DNA of 59,317 nucleotides, from sequence record SRR20825019_2655. One strand, written 5' to 3'. Numbering within the stretch: the first letter of the stretch is position 1; each line of letters opens with the position of its first letter. Position numbers and translations under genes: made by a program. Shown here piece after piece: positions 39,690-51,089 of this stretch. The notes below the pieces were generated by a model, which was not told the DNA's origin, made no database searches, and saw nothing but the letters and a program-made list of their open reading frames with translations.

Positions 39690-40252
39690 ATCGGAACGAG
39701 GATCATACCACGGCTATGTGGGAGGGACTCCACGAACGGGTTCTCGCTTATTTGCGAGCCTGTCGCGTTCGGGATCCTGCCGTGCTTGCGCTTTTGTCTA
39801 AACAAATCACGACGGCGGCGCGATATCGTTACGACGTGAGGCGCGATCGCTCCCCTGCAGAGTTAGTCGGCGATGAAATCCGCCGCACCGTGGATCAATG
39901 GACGGATCGCTTTATTCAAACCTCCGGAGACGAATCCGCTTCACATCGATTTGCCCATGCCCGGGCCGCTGTTCAGTTGGTCGATTTGCCCGACCAGGGC
40001 GTTCGTGGTTTTCTTGATCCGGGGGAGAAGTCCGAGGATTTCGGGCGTCGTTTCCAGGGAGCTTATCTACAGGCCGGGCCCGAATTGGATTTTTCGAATA
40101 TGGGACCGCGTCCGATAGATTTGGGGCCGGTATCGAATCTGGCTGGGGAAACGTGGAAGACTTTTGATAAATGGCCGATTCTGCAGGCGGTCGCGCTGTG
40201 GGGTTTGTTCATCGGGGTTCTGCTGCTGGCATTTTTGGTGACACGTTATTGA
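39686..40252 (+). CDS. Hypothetical protein with C-terminal TM helix, between opgG and opgH
   Basis: ATGA overlap with opgG and TGATG overlap with opgH; hydrophobic C-terminus. Confidence 0.75.
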   Translation: MNRNEDHTTAMWEGLHERVLAYLRACRVRDPAVLALLSKQITTAARYRYDVRRDRSPAELVGDEIRRTVDQWTDRFIQTSGDESASHRFAHARAAVQLVDLPDQGVRGFLDPGEKSEDFGRRFQGAYLQAGPELDFSNMGPRPIDLGPVSNLAGETWKTFDKWPILQAVALWGLFIGVLLLAFLVTRY

Positions 40253-42396
40253 TGATAACCGAATTTCATCCTGAATCCTTGACGGCCGCCCAGATCACGA
40301 GGCGCCGGATCAGCATGATCACTTTTGTGGTGCTGGTGTCGGGCACGGCGGCCTTGTTGATGGCCGATCTGCTCTGGGGAATGCCTTTCACCGGATGGGG
40401 GGTGCTGAGCTGGCTGCTGTTTGTTCTGTTGTTTACGCTCATCACGTTTGGTTTTGCCCAAGCGTTGTTTGGCTTTCTGGTTCGTTTGAGGCCGGAGGGG
40501 CGTCAGACGATTGATCAAAGTTTGCCGGATGATGAAGACACGATCGCGCTGGCACCCACCGCGATTGTGATGCCAATTTATAACGAGGATGTGAGTCGCG
40601 TGTATGCCGGTTTGAAAGCGACCTATCGCTCGTTGGAACGAACGGGGCAGATCGAACAATTCGACTTTATCATTCTCAGCGATTCAACGGACCCTAACAT
40701 TTGGGTGGAGGAGGAAATGGGCTGGGTTGAACTTAGCCGTGAACTGGCGGCCCGGGGGCGTTTGTTCTATCGGCGACGTCGCGTGCATACGAATAAGAAG
40801 GCGGGGAATATCGCGGACTTTTGCCGTCGGTGGGGCCGCCGTTACCGCTATATGATGGTCTTGGATGCCGACAGCGTGATGAGCGGGGAAACGATCATAA
40901 AACTGGTGCGAATGATGGAGCGCAACCCGCAGACGGGGTTGATCCAAACAGCGCCGCAAATCATCCGTGGCGAGAGTCTGATGGCCCGGGTGATGCAATT
41001 CGCATCCCGACTCTACGGTCCGATTTTCAAGGAGGGCATGAATCACTGGCAACAGGGGGAAGGGAATTATTGGGGACACAACGCGATCATCCGAGTGGCA
41101 CCCTTTGTCAAGCACTGCGCTCTGCCGATCTTACCGGGACGGGAACCTTTTGGCGGGCGAATCCTGAGTCATGATTTTGTCGAAGCAGCGTTGCTGCGTC
41201 GCGCGGGATGGTCGGTTTGGCTATGGCCGGATGCGCCGGGAAGTTATGAGGAAGGGCCGCCGGATATTATTGAATATGCGAAACGTGATCGACGCTGGTG
41301 TCAGGGAAACCTGCAACATTTCTGGCTGTTGTTTGCCCGGCGTTTACACGGAGTGAGCAGGATTCATTTATTTCTCGGCATATTCTCTTACGCGTCCTCG
41401 CTGTTTTGGCTGCTGTCACTCGTGCTGGGATCACTGTTGGTGATTGGGTTTAACCGCACAGGTTTGAGCTGGTTGCCGGAGCCGGGACTGGCGGGCCGAT
41501 TGGGCGTCGCCACGAGTGTTCAGGCGGGACTTTTGGTGGGAATGACTTTGGTTTTATTGTTCGGAGCCAAGGTGCTGGCGATCATTGATCAAGTCAGGCA
41601 GCCCGCGGGGGCACGTTCTTTTGGAGGCTTAAAACGCATCCTGATTGGTGTGGGGTTGGAATCGCTTTTTTCGCTCCTGGTGGCGCCCATTTTCATGTTG
41701 TTTCATGCCCAATTTGTGGTGGCGACGATTCTGGCGCGAGGGGTGGGTTGGGTCACTCAACGACGCGGAGGGCAGGGTGATGAGACTCCGGCTTGGTCGG
41801 AGGCGGCACGTGTCATGCTCGGGCATACTGTAGTCGGTTTGGTTTGGTTGGGCGTGCTGATTATTTGGGCTCCCTTTCTCTTGTGGTGGATGCTGCCGAT
41901 CTTGGCGGGACTATTGGCTTCCATTCCCTTCGTGGTGATGACCGGTCGCGTGAGATGGGGACGTTGGGCTTTGTCGAAAGGTTGGCTCGCAATCCCCGAG
42001 GAATTGAATCCTCCCGGGGAGCTTCGTGATCTCGCGTTGTCGGAGGAACAACTGCGGATGGATCGAAAAAGCAGACCCGTTCCGCGAGGCGAGGATGCCG
42101 GGCTGATCCGGGTGGTGCTCGATCCTTACGTGAATGGCGTTCATCGCTGTTTGCTGAAGGAACGCCCACAACGATCAGCCCTGATAACGCGTTATTTTAC
42201 CAAGCTGCAGGAGAAGCTTTTGGCGGATGGCCCGGGAGAACTCGCCCAACGTGAGAAAGCCGCGCTGCTCTCAGATGCTGAGTCGGTGGATCGCCTGCAC
42301 ATGCAGGTGTGGTTGCGCCCGCCCGAAGAACTGGCACTCATTTGGCGCGAAATGGTGGAAACTTATTCGCGCGAAGATGTCGCGCCGATCCGGTAA
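40252..42396 (+). CDS. opgH: Glucans biosynthesis glucosyltransferase H
   Basis: MPIYNED, LSDS, KAGNIADFC, VLDADS, YWGHNAIIR, LSHDFVEA, RDRRWCQGNLQH. Confidence 0.96.
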   Translation: MITEFHPESLTAAQITRRRISMITFVVLVSGTAALLMADLLWGMPFTGWGVLSWLLFVLLFTLITFGFAQALFGFLVRLRPEGRQTIDQSLPDDEDTIALAPTAIVMPIYNEDVSRVYAGLKATYRSLERTGQIEQFDFIILSDSTDPNIWVEEEMGWVELSRELAARGRLFYRRRRVHTNKKAGNIADFCRRWGRRYRYMMVLDADSVMSGETIIKLVRMMERNPQTGLIQTAPQIIRGESLMARVMQFASRLYGPIFKEGMNHWQQGEGNYWGHNAIIRVAPFVKHCALPILPGREPFGGRILSHDFVEAALLRRAGWSVWLWPDAPGSYEEGPPDIIEYAKRDRRWCQGNLQHFWLLFARRLHGVSRIHLFLGIFSYASSLFWLLSLVLGSLLVIGFNRTGLSWLPEPGLAGRLGVATSVQAGLLVGMTLVLLFGAKVLAIIDQVRQPAGARSFGGLKRILIGVGLESLFSLLVAPIFMLFHAQFVVATILARGVGWVTQRRGGQGDETPAWSEAARVMLGHTVVGLVWLGVLIIWAPFLLWWMLPILAGLLASIPFVVMTGRVRWGRWALSKGWLAIPEELNPPGELRDLALSEEQLRMDRKSRPVPRGEDAGLIRVVLDPYVNGVHRCLLKERPQRSALITRYFTKLQEKLLADGPGELAQREKAALLSDAESVDRLHMQVWLRPPEELALIWREMVETYSREDVAPIR

Positions 42397-42398
42397 CC

Positions 42399-43343
42399 TT
42401 ATGCTTCGTGTTCGGCCAGCCAACGCTCGGCCTCGATCGCAGCCTGGCAACCCATGCCCGCCGCGGTGATCGCCTGACGGTAAACATGGTCCGCACAATC
42501 GCCTGCGACGTAAACGCCGGGAATATTGGTCTGCACCTGCGATCCGGTGACCGGCTTGAAATAGCCTTCGTCATCAACATCGACAGCCTCGGCAAATGGT
42601 CCGGTATTGGGCAAGTGTCCAATCGCCACGAAAATACCTTTCACGGGTAACGTGCTTTCTTCACCGGTCTGGCTGTTCTTCACTTTCAGGCCACTGACCG
42701 ATTGCTCCTCAACCCCTTCGACGGAGACAGGCACGCTGTTCCAAACCATCTCGATCTTCTCATGCGAGGTGGCTCGATCCGCCATGATCTTCGAGGCGCG
42801 CAATTCGTCGCGACGATGCACGAGGTAAACTTTACTGGCGAAACGCGTAAGGAAGAGTGCCTCTTCCGCGGCACTGTCACCACCGCCGATCACGGCGACT
42901 TCCTGATTACGGTAAAATGCTCCATCACAGGTCGCGCAAGTCGTCACACCCTTGCCGCCGAAGAGTTCCTTTTCGCCGGGGATGCCGGTCATGCGGGGAG
43001 AGGCACCGGTCGCGATGATGACCGATTTGGCGAGGATCGTGCGATCTCCGCAGACCAGCTTGCGTGGCGAGGAGGTGAAATCGACCGAGTCCACCAACGC
43101 CTGTTCAAAGCGGGTGCCGAACTTCGTGGCTTGCTTCCGCAGATTGTCCATCAACATGAAACCATCCACGCCTTCGGGGAACCCGGGAAAGTTTTCGACC
43201 TCGCTGGTCGTGGTCAACTGGCCACCGGGTTGAGTGCCCTCGATGATCAGAGGATTGAGATTAGCTCGGGCAGTGTAGATCGCGGCGGTGAGACCCGCGC
43301 AACCGGTTCCGATGATGACGACGTTTTCGATAGAGGATGACAT
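42399..43343 (-). CDS. trxB: Thioredoxin reductase
   Basis: [39 protein letters not shown]. Confidence 0.97.
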   Translation of the reverse strand: MSSSIENVVIIGTGCAGLTAAIYTARANLNPLIIEGTQPGGQLTTTSEVENFPGFPEGVDGFMLMDNLRKQATKFGTRFEQALVDSVDFTSSPRKLVCGDRTILAKSVIIATGASPRMTGIPGEKELFGGKGVTTCATCDGAFYRNQEVAVIGGGDSAAEEALFLTRFASKVYLVHRRDELRASKIMADRATSHEKIEMVWNSVPVSVEGVEEQSVSGLKVKNSQTGEESTLPVKGIFVAIGHLPNTGPFAEAVDVDDEGYFKPVTGSQVQTNIPGVYVAGDCADHVYRQAITAAGMGCQAAIEAERWLAEHEA

Positions 43344-43424
43344 GACAATAAGGTTTAAAACAGAGAGCATGGACTCCACGGAGTGCAACCCTGAGATGCA
43401 AATCAGGCTGCTTTTGGTCCCTCG

Positions 43425-44297
43425 TCACCCTTGATTTCTTAGGACGCCGTGTAACTCGCGCACTTCGGCGAGTAGTTCGTTGGCTGCGGATACCGATTCG
43501 TCGCTCCCGACAACAGGTGAATCGGCATGAGGCTCAGGCGCGTCATCGTGATCGCCGAGACCGGCTTGCCGGAATCGACGCAGCCGGGTGAGGATGAGAT
43601 CGCGGATCTCGTCAGGATTATCCACCCCGTGAAAGACACCCAGATGCATGGATTCGCCGCTTTTGTGATGATCCGGAGTGCCCCCGCCGGCGGATTGCAC
43701 GCGAACGTCTGAGAGTTGTAAGAGTCTCTGCAGGGGGCCTTGTTTCACTTCCACCTGCTGAAGATTGGCGAAACTCATCGTGGCTTCGTTGAGACGCAGG
43801 ATGCCGGTGCGGATGCGCAGACTGCGATCGGTCACGATATACCAGTGCTGTTCAAATTCGAGTCGAGTAAGGAACAGAGTGATCGGAATCTGGACGAGAA
43901 AGATGACGATGGCTCCGTATTCCAGCCAACGGATCAAAGGGAAGGTCCAATCCGGCCATTCGGAGATTTTCCGGGAGAGTTGTTCCATGCTGCTCTCCCT
44001 AGGTTTCCGCTGACGTGGTCGCTCTGTGGTCGAATCTTCAGTGCTTGTTTGCGAGACGGATTGGAGAAGCGCACTGGTGGGCGACTGAGGGCCAGCGAAC
44101 TGCCCTTCCATCCGATCAATAAAAGCAAGGGAGAACACGATGCCACTGAGCGCGCCGATCTGCGCCGCCCCCCAGATCAGCAGGAGGATGAAGTAATATT
44201 TGCGTCCAGCTCGGAATACGCGGATCGATTCGGGAGCTCCGAATGGGGCCGTCGGTTCGGCCGGCACGCGGAGAAATTGCAAGAGTCGCGAGCGCAT
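43425..44297 (-). CDS. bPH_2 (YdbS/YdbT-like) membrane protein
   Basis: Two TM segments then YIVTDRSLRIRTGI...QQVEVKQGPLQRLLQLSDVRVQSAGG. Confidence 0.85.
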   Translation of the reverse strand: MRSRLLQFLRVPAEPTAPFGAPESIRVFRAGRKYYFILLLIWGAAQIGALSGIVFSLAFIDRMEGQFAGPQSPTSALLQSVSQTSTEDSTTERPRQRKPRESSMEQLSRKISEWPDWTFPLIRWLEYGAIVIFLVQIPITLFLTRLEFEQHWYIVTDRSLRIRTGILRLNEATMSFANLQQVEVKQGPLQRLLQLSDVRVQSAGGGTPDHHKSGESMHLGVFHGVDNPDEIRDLILTRLRRFRQAGLGDHDDAPEPHADSPVVGSDESVSAANELLAEVRELHGVLRNQG

Positions 44298-44300
44298 GGG

Positions 44301-44828
44301 TCAGATGGAACCGTGGCGATCCTTGAGTGCTTTTCTGATCTCGCGGAGTTCAGCGGTTACCTCGCGAAGCACGCCCGCTAACTCCTGATGAGATTGGGAT
44401 GCCTCGGCCGTTTCCCGGGCGGGGGAGTGATCTTTGACACCGCGCATTTTGGAATAAAGAAAGTCACGCACCTCTTCAAACTGACGGAGCCCTTCGATCG
44501 TCATCTCGGCCGACGAATTGCCGCTGGCGGTTTGCACGAGAATTCTCGATAGGCCCAACCAGCGTTCGACGACATTGGAGCGCAGGTGGATGTCCTGAAT
44601 ACGGGCGTAGTTGATGATGATTTCACGCCGGAAGAGGATTCCCCATTTCATGGAAATACCTTCATCGTCGAAGCGGTATCGCATCGTGTGGTAGCGAAAC
44701 CAGGCGGGCAGAATCAGAAACGGGAAAGCGGGAGGAAAAACCAAACAGCAGAGCAGATAGTAAACCCAGAGGTTTTTGTGCGGCCGTTCGATGGAGAGAA
44801 TATCCGTCGCCTGCGGTGGGGCATGCAT
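44301..44828 (-). CDS. bPH_2 (YdbS-like) membrane protein
   Basis: YRFDDEGI..KWGILFR...RIQDI...ERWLGL..VQTASG. Confidence 0.85.
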   Translation of the reverse strand: MHAPPQATDILSIERPHKNLWVYYLLCCLVFPPAFPFLILPAWFRYHTMRYRFDDEGISMKWGILFRREIIINYARIQDIHLRSNVVERWLGLSRILVQTASGNSSAEMTIEGLRQFEEVRDFLYSKMRGVKDHSPARETAEASQSHQELAGVLREVTAELREIRKALKDRHGSI

Positions 44829-44880
44829 GGGCTTTAAACTGGGTTTTCCTCGGGTGGTGACAATCTTCGAGTCGGAAAGC

Positions 44881-46887
44881 TTACCAACCGAATCGCCGTT
44901 TGATTCTGAGTGGTTCGTAGAGATCGCTGGGGAGTTCCATCAGGAAACGGCTGGGTTGGAGGAGCATACCGCCGGGGCCTCCCCGGGTGGCGACTTTCGG
45001 ATAACAAAGATAGAGTTCGTTGCGCGCGCGGGTGACGGCGACGTAGAAGAGACGCCGCTCTTCCTCGACGTCATCGGCCTCGATGGAACGGCGACCGGGA
45101 AATTGCCCGTCGGCCAGACCGACGACGAAGACGACATCGTATTCGAGTCCCTTGGCCTGATGGACGGTGGTGAGCTTGATCGCCTCCGTATCGGAATCGA
45201 CCTGCCGGTCGCTGGTCTCGCCGTTGAGCAGGACGATCTGAGCGAGCAGATCCTGCATTTCTTCGTAGCGTCCGGCGAATCCGATCAGGGCTTTGAGTTC
45301 GTCGAATCGTTCGACGTAATCGGCGAAGGCTCCCTTGAGGTAATCGCCATACCATCCGTCGATCGCTGTCTCGATGGCGGCCGCGGGGGTGTCTGTTTGC
45401 ATGGCACTGGCGACCTGACGGAGTGAATCGCAGAAATTGTCCCAATCTTCCCGGGCCGCCTTGGCGACCTTGCTTTTCACATCATCCGTATGGAGCACGT
45501 CGACGAGATTTTTTTGCAGGAGCTGGGCGTTTTCCAAGGCGATCGCATGGATTTTTTGAGCGCCCTTTTCCCCGATTTTCGGCAACAGAACGGCGACGCG
45601 TTGCCAGGCCTGGGTGTCGGCGGGGTTGTAGACGAAACGCACGAGGGCGACGAGGTCGCGGACGTGTTGCCGCTCGAAAAATTTCACGCCACTGGTGATC
45701 TGGTAGGGTAGGCCCGCTTTCGAAAACGCGAGCTGCACTTCGAGGGCGAGAAAATGAGAACGGTAGAGAATCGCGATCTCGTTGGCCGAAACGCCCTCGT
45801 CTTCGATCAGCGAGCGGATGCGTTTGAGGATGAACTCGGCTTGCTCACGATCATCCATCGTCTGCACGACATAAGGTTTTTGCGCGTGGTCGCGCGCCGC
45901 ACGGAGTTCTTTGTCGAAATGACGGCCTACGGGCTGGGCGAGCAAGACGCCATTGGCGAGTTCGAGAATCTCGGGCGTCGAACGGTAGTTGGTCTCGATC
46001 CGATGAATGACGGTGCCGGGATGACGGCCTTCAAACGTCATGATATTCTCGAAATCAGCACCACGCCACGAATAGATGCACTGCGCGTCGTCGCCCACGG
46101 CCATCACGCGATGATGCGCGGCGAGCTTATCGACGATCTGGGCCTGGAGCGTATTCGTGTCCTGATACTCGTCCACGAGCACGTGGCGGAAACGATGTGC
46201 AAAATAATCAGCGACCTCCGGGGCTTCATTGAGGAGCTTGAGCCAGAGCTCGAGCAAATCGTCGTAGTCCACGACATTCTGCTCCTGCTTACGCTGGGCG
46301 TAGGCCTCGGCAAAGGGACCGAAGCGGTGCTTGATGTCGTCGTATTGCGGGAAGTTTTTCTCAACGGTTACGTTGATGCTCAGCTGCGTATTGCGTGCGA
46401 GTGAAAGAACGTTGAACAACGGACCGGGGCGCGGGTGGGTCTTGTCCTTGAAAAAGGTCTTATCCACGGCCTCGACGGTTTGTTTGAGGAGGGATTCCGA
46501 TTCATCGGCATCGAGGATGGTAAAATTACGCGAGAGCTTGATCGCTTCGCCGTAGATACGAAGCGCGCGGTGACCGAGGGAGTGGAACGTGCCGCCCCAA
46601 AATCGGGTGGGTTCGACTCCGGTGAGCTCCTGCACACGATGGAGCATCTCCTTCGAGGCCTTGTTCGTGAAAGTGAGGAGGAGGATTTCTCCGGGTTTGA
46701 CGCCTTGGCTGAGCAAGTAGGCGACGCGATAGGTAAGGGTGCGCGTTTTACCCGAGCCGGCCCCCGCGAGCACCAGCAGCGGACCGGGCTCGGCGGTCAC
46801 CGCATCATATTGCTCATTGTTGAGTTCGCTCCGGAAATCGATCGGGGGGATGCCTTGCGTTGAACGTGGGTCGAGTTCGAAATCCAT
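44881..46887 (-). CDS. UvrD/PcrA/Rep family DNA helicase
   Basis: AGAGSGKT, VDEYQDTN, VGDDAQCIYSWRGA, NYRST, TVHQAKGLE, EERRLFYVAVTRA. Confidence 0.96.
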   Translation of the reverse strand: MDFELDPRSTQGIPPIDFRSELNNEQYDAVTAEPGPLLVLAGAGSGKTRTLTYRVAYLLSQGVKPGEILLLTFTNKASKEMLHRVQELTGVEPTRFWGGTFHSLGHRALRIYGEAIKLSRNFTILDADESESLLKQTVEAVDKTFFKDKTHPRPGPLFNVLSLARNTQLSINVTVEKNFPQYDDIKHRFGPFAEAYAQRKQEQNVVDYDDLLELWLKLLNEAPEVADYFAHRFRHVLVDEYQDTNTLQAQIVDKLAAHHRVMAVGDDAQCIYSWRGADFENIMTFEGRHPGTVIHRIETNYRSTPEILELANGVLLAQPVGRHFDKELRAARDHAQKPYVVQTMDDREQAEFILKRIRSLIEDEGVSANEIAILYRSHFLALEVQLAFSKAGLPYQITSGVKFFERQHVRDLVALVRFVYNPADTQAWQRVAVLLPKIGEKGAQKIHAIALENAQLLQKNLVDVLHTDDVKSKVAKAAREDWDNFCDSLRQVASAMQTDTPAAAIETAIDGWYGDYLKGAFADYVERFDELKALIGFAGRYEEMQDLLAQIVLLNGETSDRQVDSDTEAIKLTTVHQAKGLEYDVVFVVGLADGQFPGRRSIEADDVEEERRLFYVAVTRARNELYLCYPKVATRGGPGGMLLQPSRFLMELPSDLYEPLRIKRRFGW

Positions 46888-46941
46888 GAAGCCCTCAATC
46901 ACTCACGCAAAGCTGCGCAGACGCAAAGCGGAAATCGCGTC

Positions 46942-47385
46942 TCATTCATTTGGGTCCCATTGCATCTGGTAGTGGACATCGGTTTGGCCGGTTACGATTA
47001 AGCCCAACCTTTCGTAGAGTCTGCGGGCGGGATTCACTTTGAGAACCTGGAGTCTGAACGGAATCCGCTTGGTTTTGGCTTCCTTGAGAAAATTTCTCAT
47101 GATGGCAGAGCCCAGTCCCCGATTCTGAAATTCGGGAAGAATCATGATATTGAAGAGTCGCAACTCTTCTTCCGTGCAGATAGAGGCCACATAACCGACC
47201 GCGTTCTCCGACACGTTGACGATCCTGATCTCTTTGGAATCGTATGTGGCATTGAAGCGACTGGTTTGGGTTTCCTCGTTCCAAACCCCGAAGGTCTGTT
47301 TAACATAAGCACTGAAACAGCGTTTCTTGGTCTCCCAAACCCACTCACGATCGCTGGCATTGGCAGGACGGAGCGAGAAGGTCAT
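46942..47385 (-). CDS. GNAT family acetyltransferase
   Basis: ILPEFQNRGLGS, NPARRLYERLG; start overlaps the proB stop. Confidence 0.9.
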   Translation of the reverse strand: MTFSLRPANASDREWVWETKKRCFSAYVKQTFGVWNEETQTSRFNATYDSKEIRIVNVSENAVGYVASICTEEELRLFNIMILPEFQNRGLGSAIMRNFLKEAKTKRIPFRLQVLKVNPARRLYERLGLIVTGQTDVHYQMQWDPNE

Positions 47386-48512
47386 CACAGCAGGGCGAGG
47401 TTGTCGCGGTGGATGATTTCAAGGTGTTTACGCTGCGGGAAGAGCGCCCGCATCTCGGCGCTATGTTTGCCGGCGAGCTCGGGAATCTGCTGTATGCCAA
47501 AAGCGACTTTTCCCCGGGCGATCACGCTGCCGTCGGGAGCGGCAATATTGATGATATCGTCTTTCTGAAATTCGCCGACGGCATGGGTCACCCCGACTGC
47601 GAGCAAACTGCGACCTTGTTCGCAGAGCACGGGCACCGCGGCTTCATTGATGAAAATGGTTCCGATGGGGCGATGGAAATAGGCGATCCAACGTTTCCTT
47701 GCTTCCATGGGGAGTCCGCTCGGGGAAAAGAAGGTTCCGGGACCGTCGCCTTGCAACAATCGGGCGATGACGTCTTTCTCGGCTCCGCTCGCGATGAACA
47801 CGCCACAGCCAGAGCGGGTGGCGATTCGAGCCGCGGAGATTTTGGAAACCATGCCTCCGACGGCGGTTTCGCTGGTGGTGCCCCGGGCCATCGCGGCAAT
47901 CGAGGCCGTGATCTTCGGAACGTAGGACACAATCTCGCTGCCATTTTTGTAATCGATCAGGCCGGGGGCGGTCGAGAGGATGAAAAGATACTGGGCGTGA
48001 ACGAGACTCGCGACCATCGCGGAGAGCGTATCGTTGTCGCCGAATTTTACCATCGCTTGAATCTCCGCCGAGCTGACGGTGTCGTTTTCGTTGATGATGG
48101 GAATGGTGCTGTAGCCAATCAGGGCTTCGAGAGTGGCCTTGACGGCGAGATGCCGGTCGCGGCTGCGAAGATCCTCATGGGTGAGGAGGACTTGCCCGAC
48201 AGTCAGACCATGCCGCGCAAACCCATCCTGCCAGGTTTGCATGAGGATGTTTTGCCCGACCGCGGCGCAGGCTTGTTTTCTGGTGAGATTGACCGGGCGA
48301 CGTTTCAGGCCGAGGCGACCCATTCCCAAGCCGACTGCTCCGGAAGAAACGAGGATCACCGCGGTGCCCGCGGCACGGAGAGCGGCGACCTGATCACAGA
48401 CTGATTTAATGCGTTCGGTGTCGAGTTCGCCAATACCTTTGGTGAGAACACCGGTGCCGAGCTTAACGACAACACATCTTGGTTTGGCGTGTTGGAGGGA
48501 TGAATGAGCCAT
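47385..48512 (-). CDS. proB: Glutamate 5-kinase
   Basis: VVKLGT, VSSGAV, AAVGQ, INENDTV, FGDNDTLSA, C-terminal PUA domain. Confidence 0.96.
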   Translation of the reverse strand: MAHSSLQHAKPRCVVVKLGTGVLTKGIGELDTERIKSVCDQVAALRAAGTAVILVSSGAVGLGMGRLGLKRRPVNLTRKQACAAVGQNILMQTWQDGFARHGLTVGQVLLTHEDLRSRDRHLAVKATLEALIGYSTIPIINENDTVSSAEIQAMVKFGDNDTLSAMVASLVHAQYLFILSTAPGLIDYKNGSEIVSYVPKITASIAAMARGTTSETAVGGMVSKISAARIATRSGCGVFIASGAEKDVIARLLQGDGPGTFFSPSGLPMEARKRWIAYFHRPIGTIFINEAAVPVLCEQGRSLLAVGVTHAVGEFQKDDIINIAAPDGSVIARGKVAFGIQQIPELAGKHSAEMRALFPQRKHLEIIHRDNLALL

Positions 48513-48563
48513 ATTTTTCACTAAACAGTTGCGAAATGCTTCGAGGGCATTCGCGGGCGGAGA

Positions 48564-49121
48564 TCAGACTTCGAGCAATTCTTTCTCTTTATGCGCGAGG
48601 TGGTCGTTGATCTCCTTGACCGAGTTATCAGTGGCGGTCTGCACTTCTTTTTCGAAACGTTTCAAATCGTCTTCAGAAATTTCACCGGCTTTTTCGGCTT
48701 TCTTGAGCGAATCCATCGCATCGCGTCGCACGTTGCGGACGTGCACGCGACCTTCCTCGGCGAGCCCATGAGCGACCTTGACGAATTCCTGACGACGTTC
48801 GCGGCTCATATCGGGCAGAGGGATGCGGATGAGTTTGCCGTCTATTTGCGGGTTGAAACCGAGATTGGCCTGTTGAATGCCCTTTTCAATGGGTTTGAGG
48901 AGACCGGCATCCCAGGGCTGGATTTGGATGATGCGTGAATCAGGCGTGCTGATCGCGGCGCATTCTTTCAAGCGCATCGTCGAACCGTAGGCTTCGATCA
49001 TGACGGACTCGACCATCGTGGGCGTGGCTTTGCCGGTATGGATATTGCTGAATTCGTGCATCGTATGATCGATGGCCTTCTTCATTTTGGCTTGGGCTTC
49101 GGTGATCGCGGGATGGCTCAT
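48564..49121 (-). CDS. frr: Ribosome recycling factor
   Basis: IQPWD, LGFNP, ERRQEFVK, RNVRRDA, ISEDD. Confidence 0.97.
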   Translation of the reverse strand: MSHPAITEAQAKMKKAIDHTMHEFSNIHTGKATPTMVESVMIEAYGSTMRLKECAAISTPDSRIIQIQPWDAGLLKPIEKGIQQANLGFNPQIDGKLIRIPLPDMSRERRQEFVKVAHGLAEEGRVHVRNVRRDAMDSLKKAEKAGEISEDDLKRFEKEVQTATDNSVKEINDHLAHKEKELLEV

Positions 49122-49201
49122 ATGATTTTGGGTTATGGAATACTGCTTCGCCCAGGGCTACACAGCTCAAGTTGGAAATTTTTTATTGCCGGGGAGTAAA
49201 C

Positions 49202-49942
<741 letters not shown>

Positions 49943-50102
49943 GACCTAGAGGAAACGGCAGCGTAATTTGCGCGTCAATTCCCGAGATGGGGGCGCACCG
50001 GCGCTTTTGGAGTGAAGATGGGGTGATTCGCGGGCATTTTTCCAAAACTCCGGTGTTTTCTCGACTGGATGAAAAGAGCATAGATGTTTGGTCCGTTCGT
50101 TC

Positions 50103-50117
50103 GTCTAAATATTAGAC
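50103..50117. promoter_or_regulatory. Candidate operator palindrome
   Basis: GTCTAA-ATA-TTAGAC, 13 bp upstream of the first gene of the catabolic operon. Confidence 0.4.
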
Positions 50118-50130
50118 CACACGACTTTAG

Positions 50131-51078
50131 ATGATGACCCCACGAATTTTTGTTACCGCATTTCTCAAACCCGAGGCCCTCGCCCTTGTTCACCATGCCT
50201 TGGAGGGGGAGGACTACTATGTCGCGGATCGGTTTAATCCGCGCGATGGTGACAAGGAGGCCTTTCTGCGCGCGACGGTCGTATTTGGTAACGTGCCGCC
50301 GAATTGGCTCGAAGAGGCGACTGATCTGCAATGGATGCAGCTCGAATCGACCGGATTCGAATATTACCTCAATTGCCAGGGACTCTCTCCTGATCTGCAA
50401 ATCACGAACTTACGGGGAATGTTTGAGCGACCGGCAGTCGAAACAGCGATGGCGGGTCTGCTCGGTTTATTTCGTGGGATGAACCAATTGATCCCCGCGA
50501 ATCGTGAAGCCAAATGGTCGGAGATCGAAGTGCGGGTTAATTTGCGTTTACTCCACGGTAGCAAGGCGGTCGTCCTCGGGCATGGTTCGATTGGTAAACG
50601 GATGCGTAAGTTGCTCGAAGCCTACGAATGCGAAGTGCAATCCTACGCCCGCACGGCGGAAGGCGCGGAATTGCGGGATCGTGCTTCGCTTGAAAAGGCC
50701 CTCACCACGGCCGATGTGGTGGTGTGCTGTCTGCCGAAAAACCCCAGCACCATTGGACTGATTGATCGCGAGTTGTTGGGGCGGCTGCCGGACTCAGCGG
50801 TCTTTGTGAATATTGGTCGCGGCGCGGTGGTCGACGAAGAGGCGTTGATCGAGATGCTCAACAATCATCGGCTCGCCGGAGCCGTGCTCGATGTGACGCA
50901 GCAGGAACCCCTGCTTCCGGAGCACCCGTTGTGGCAATGCCCCAATACGATCCTTACCCACCATACCGGTGGCGGTTACCCCGATGAGTATAACGCGAAG
51001 GCCCGCTACTTTTTGGCAAATCTCGAACGCTACAAACGCGGCGAGACACTGCAGAATATCATCACTTTGACGCCTTAA
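50131..51078 (+). CDS. D-2-hydroxyacid dehydrogenase
   Basis: GHGSIG, VNIGRG, LDVTQQEPL, THHTGG. Confidence 0.92.
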   Translation: MMTPRIFVTAFLKPEALALVHHALEGEDYYVADRFNPRDGDKEAFLRATVVFGNVPPNWLEEATDLQWMQLESTGFEYYLNCQGLSPDLQITNLRGMFERPAVETAMAGLLGLFRGMNQLIPANREAKWSEIEVRVNLRLLHGSKAVVLGHGSIGKRMRKLLEAYECEVQSYARTAEGAELRDRASLEKALTTADVVVCCLPKNPSTIGLIDRELLGRLPDSAVFVNIGRGAVVDEEALIEMLNNHRLAGAVLDVTQQEPLLPEHPLWQCPNTILTHHTGGGYPDEYNAKARYFLANLERYKRGETLQNIITLTP

Positions 51079-51089
51079 AATTTATTTCC

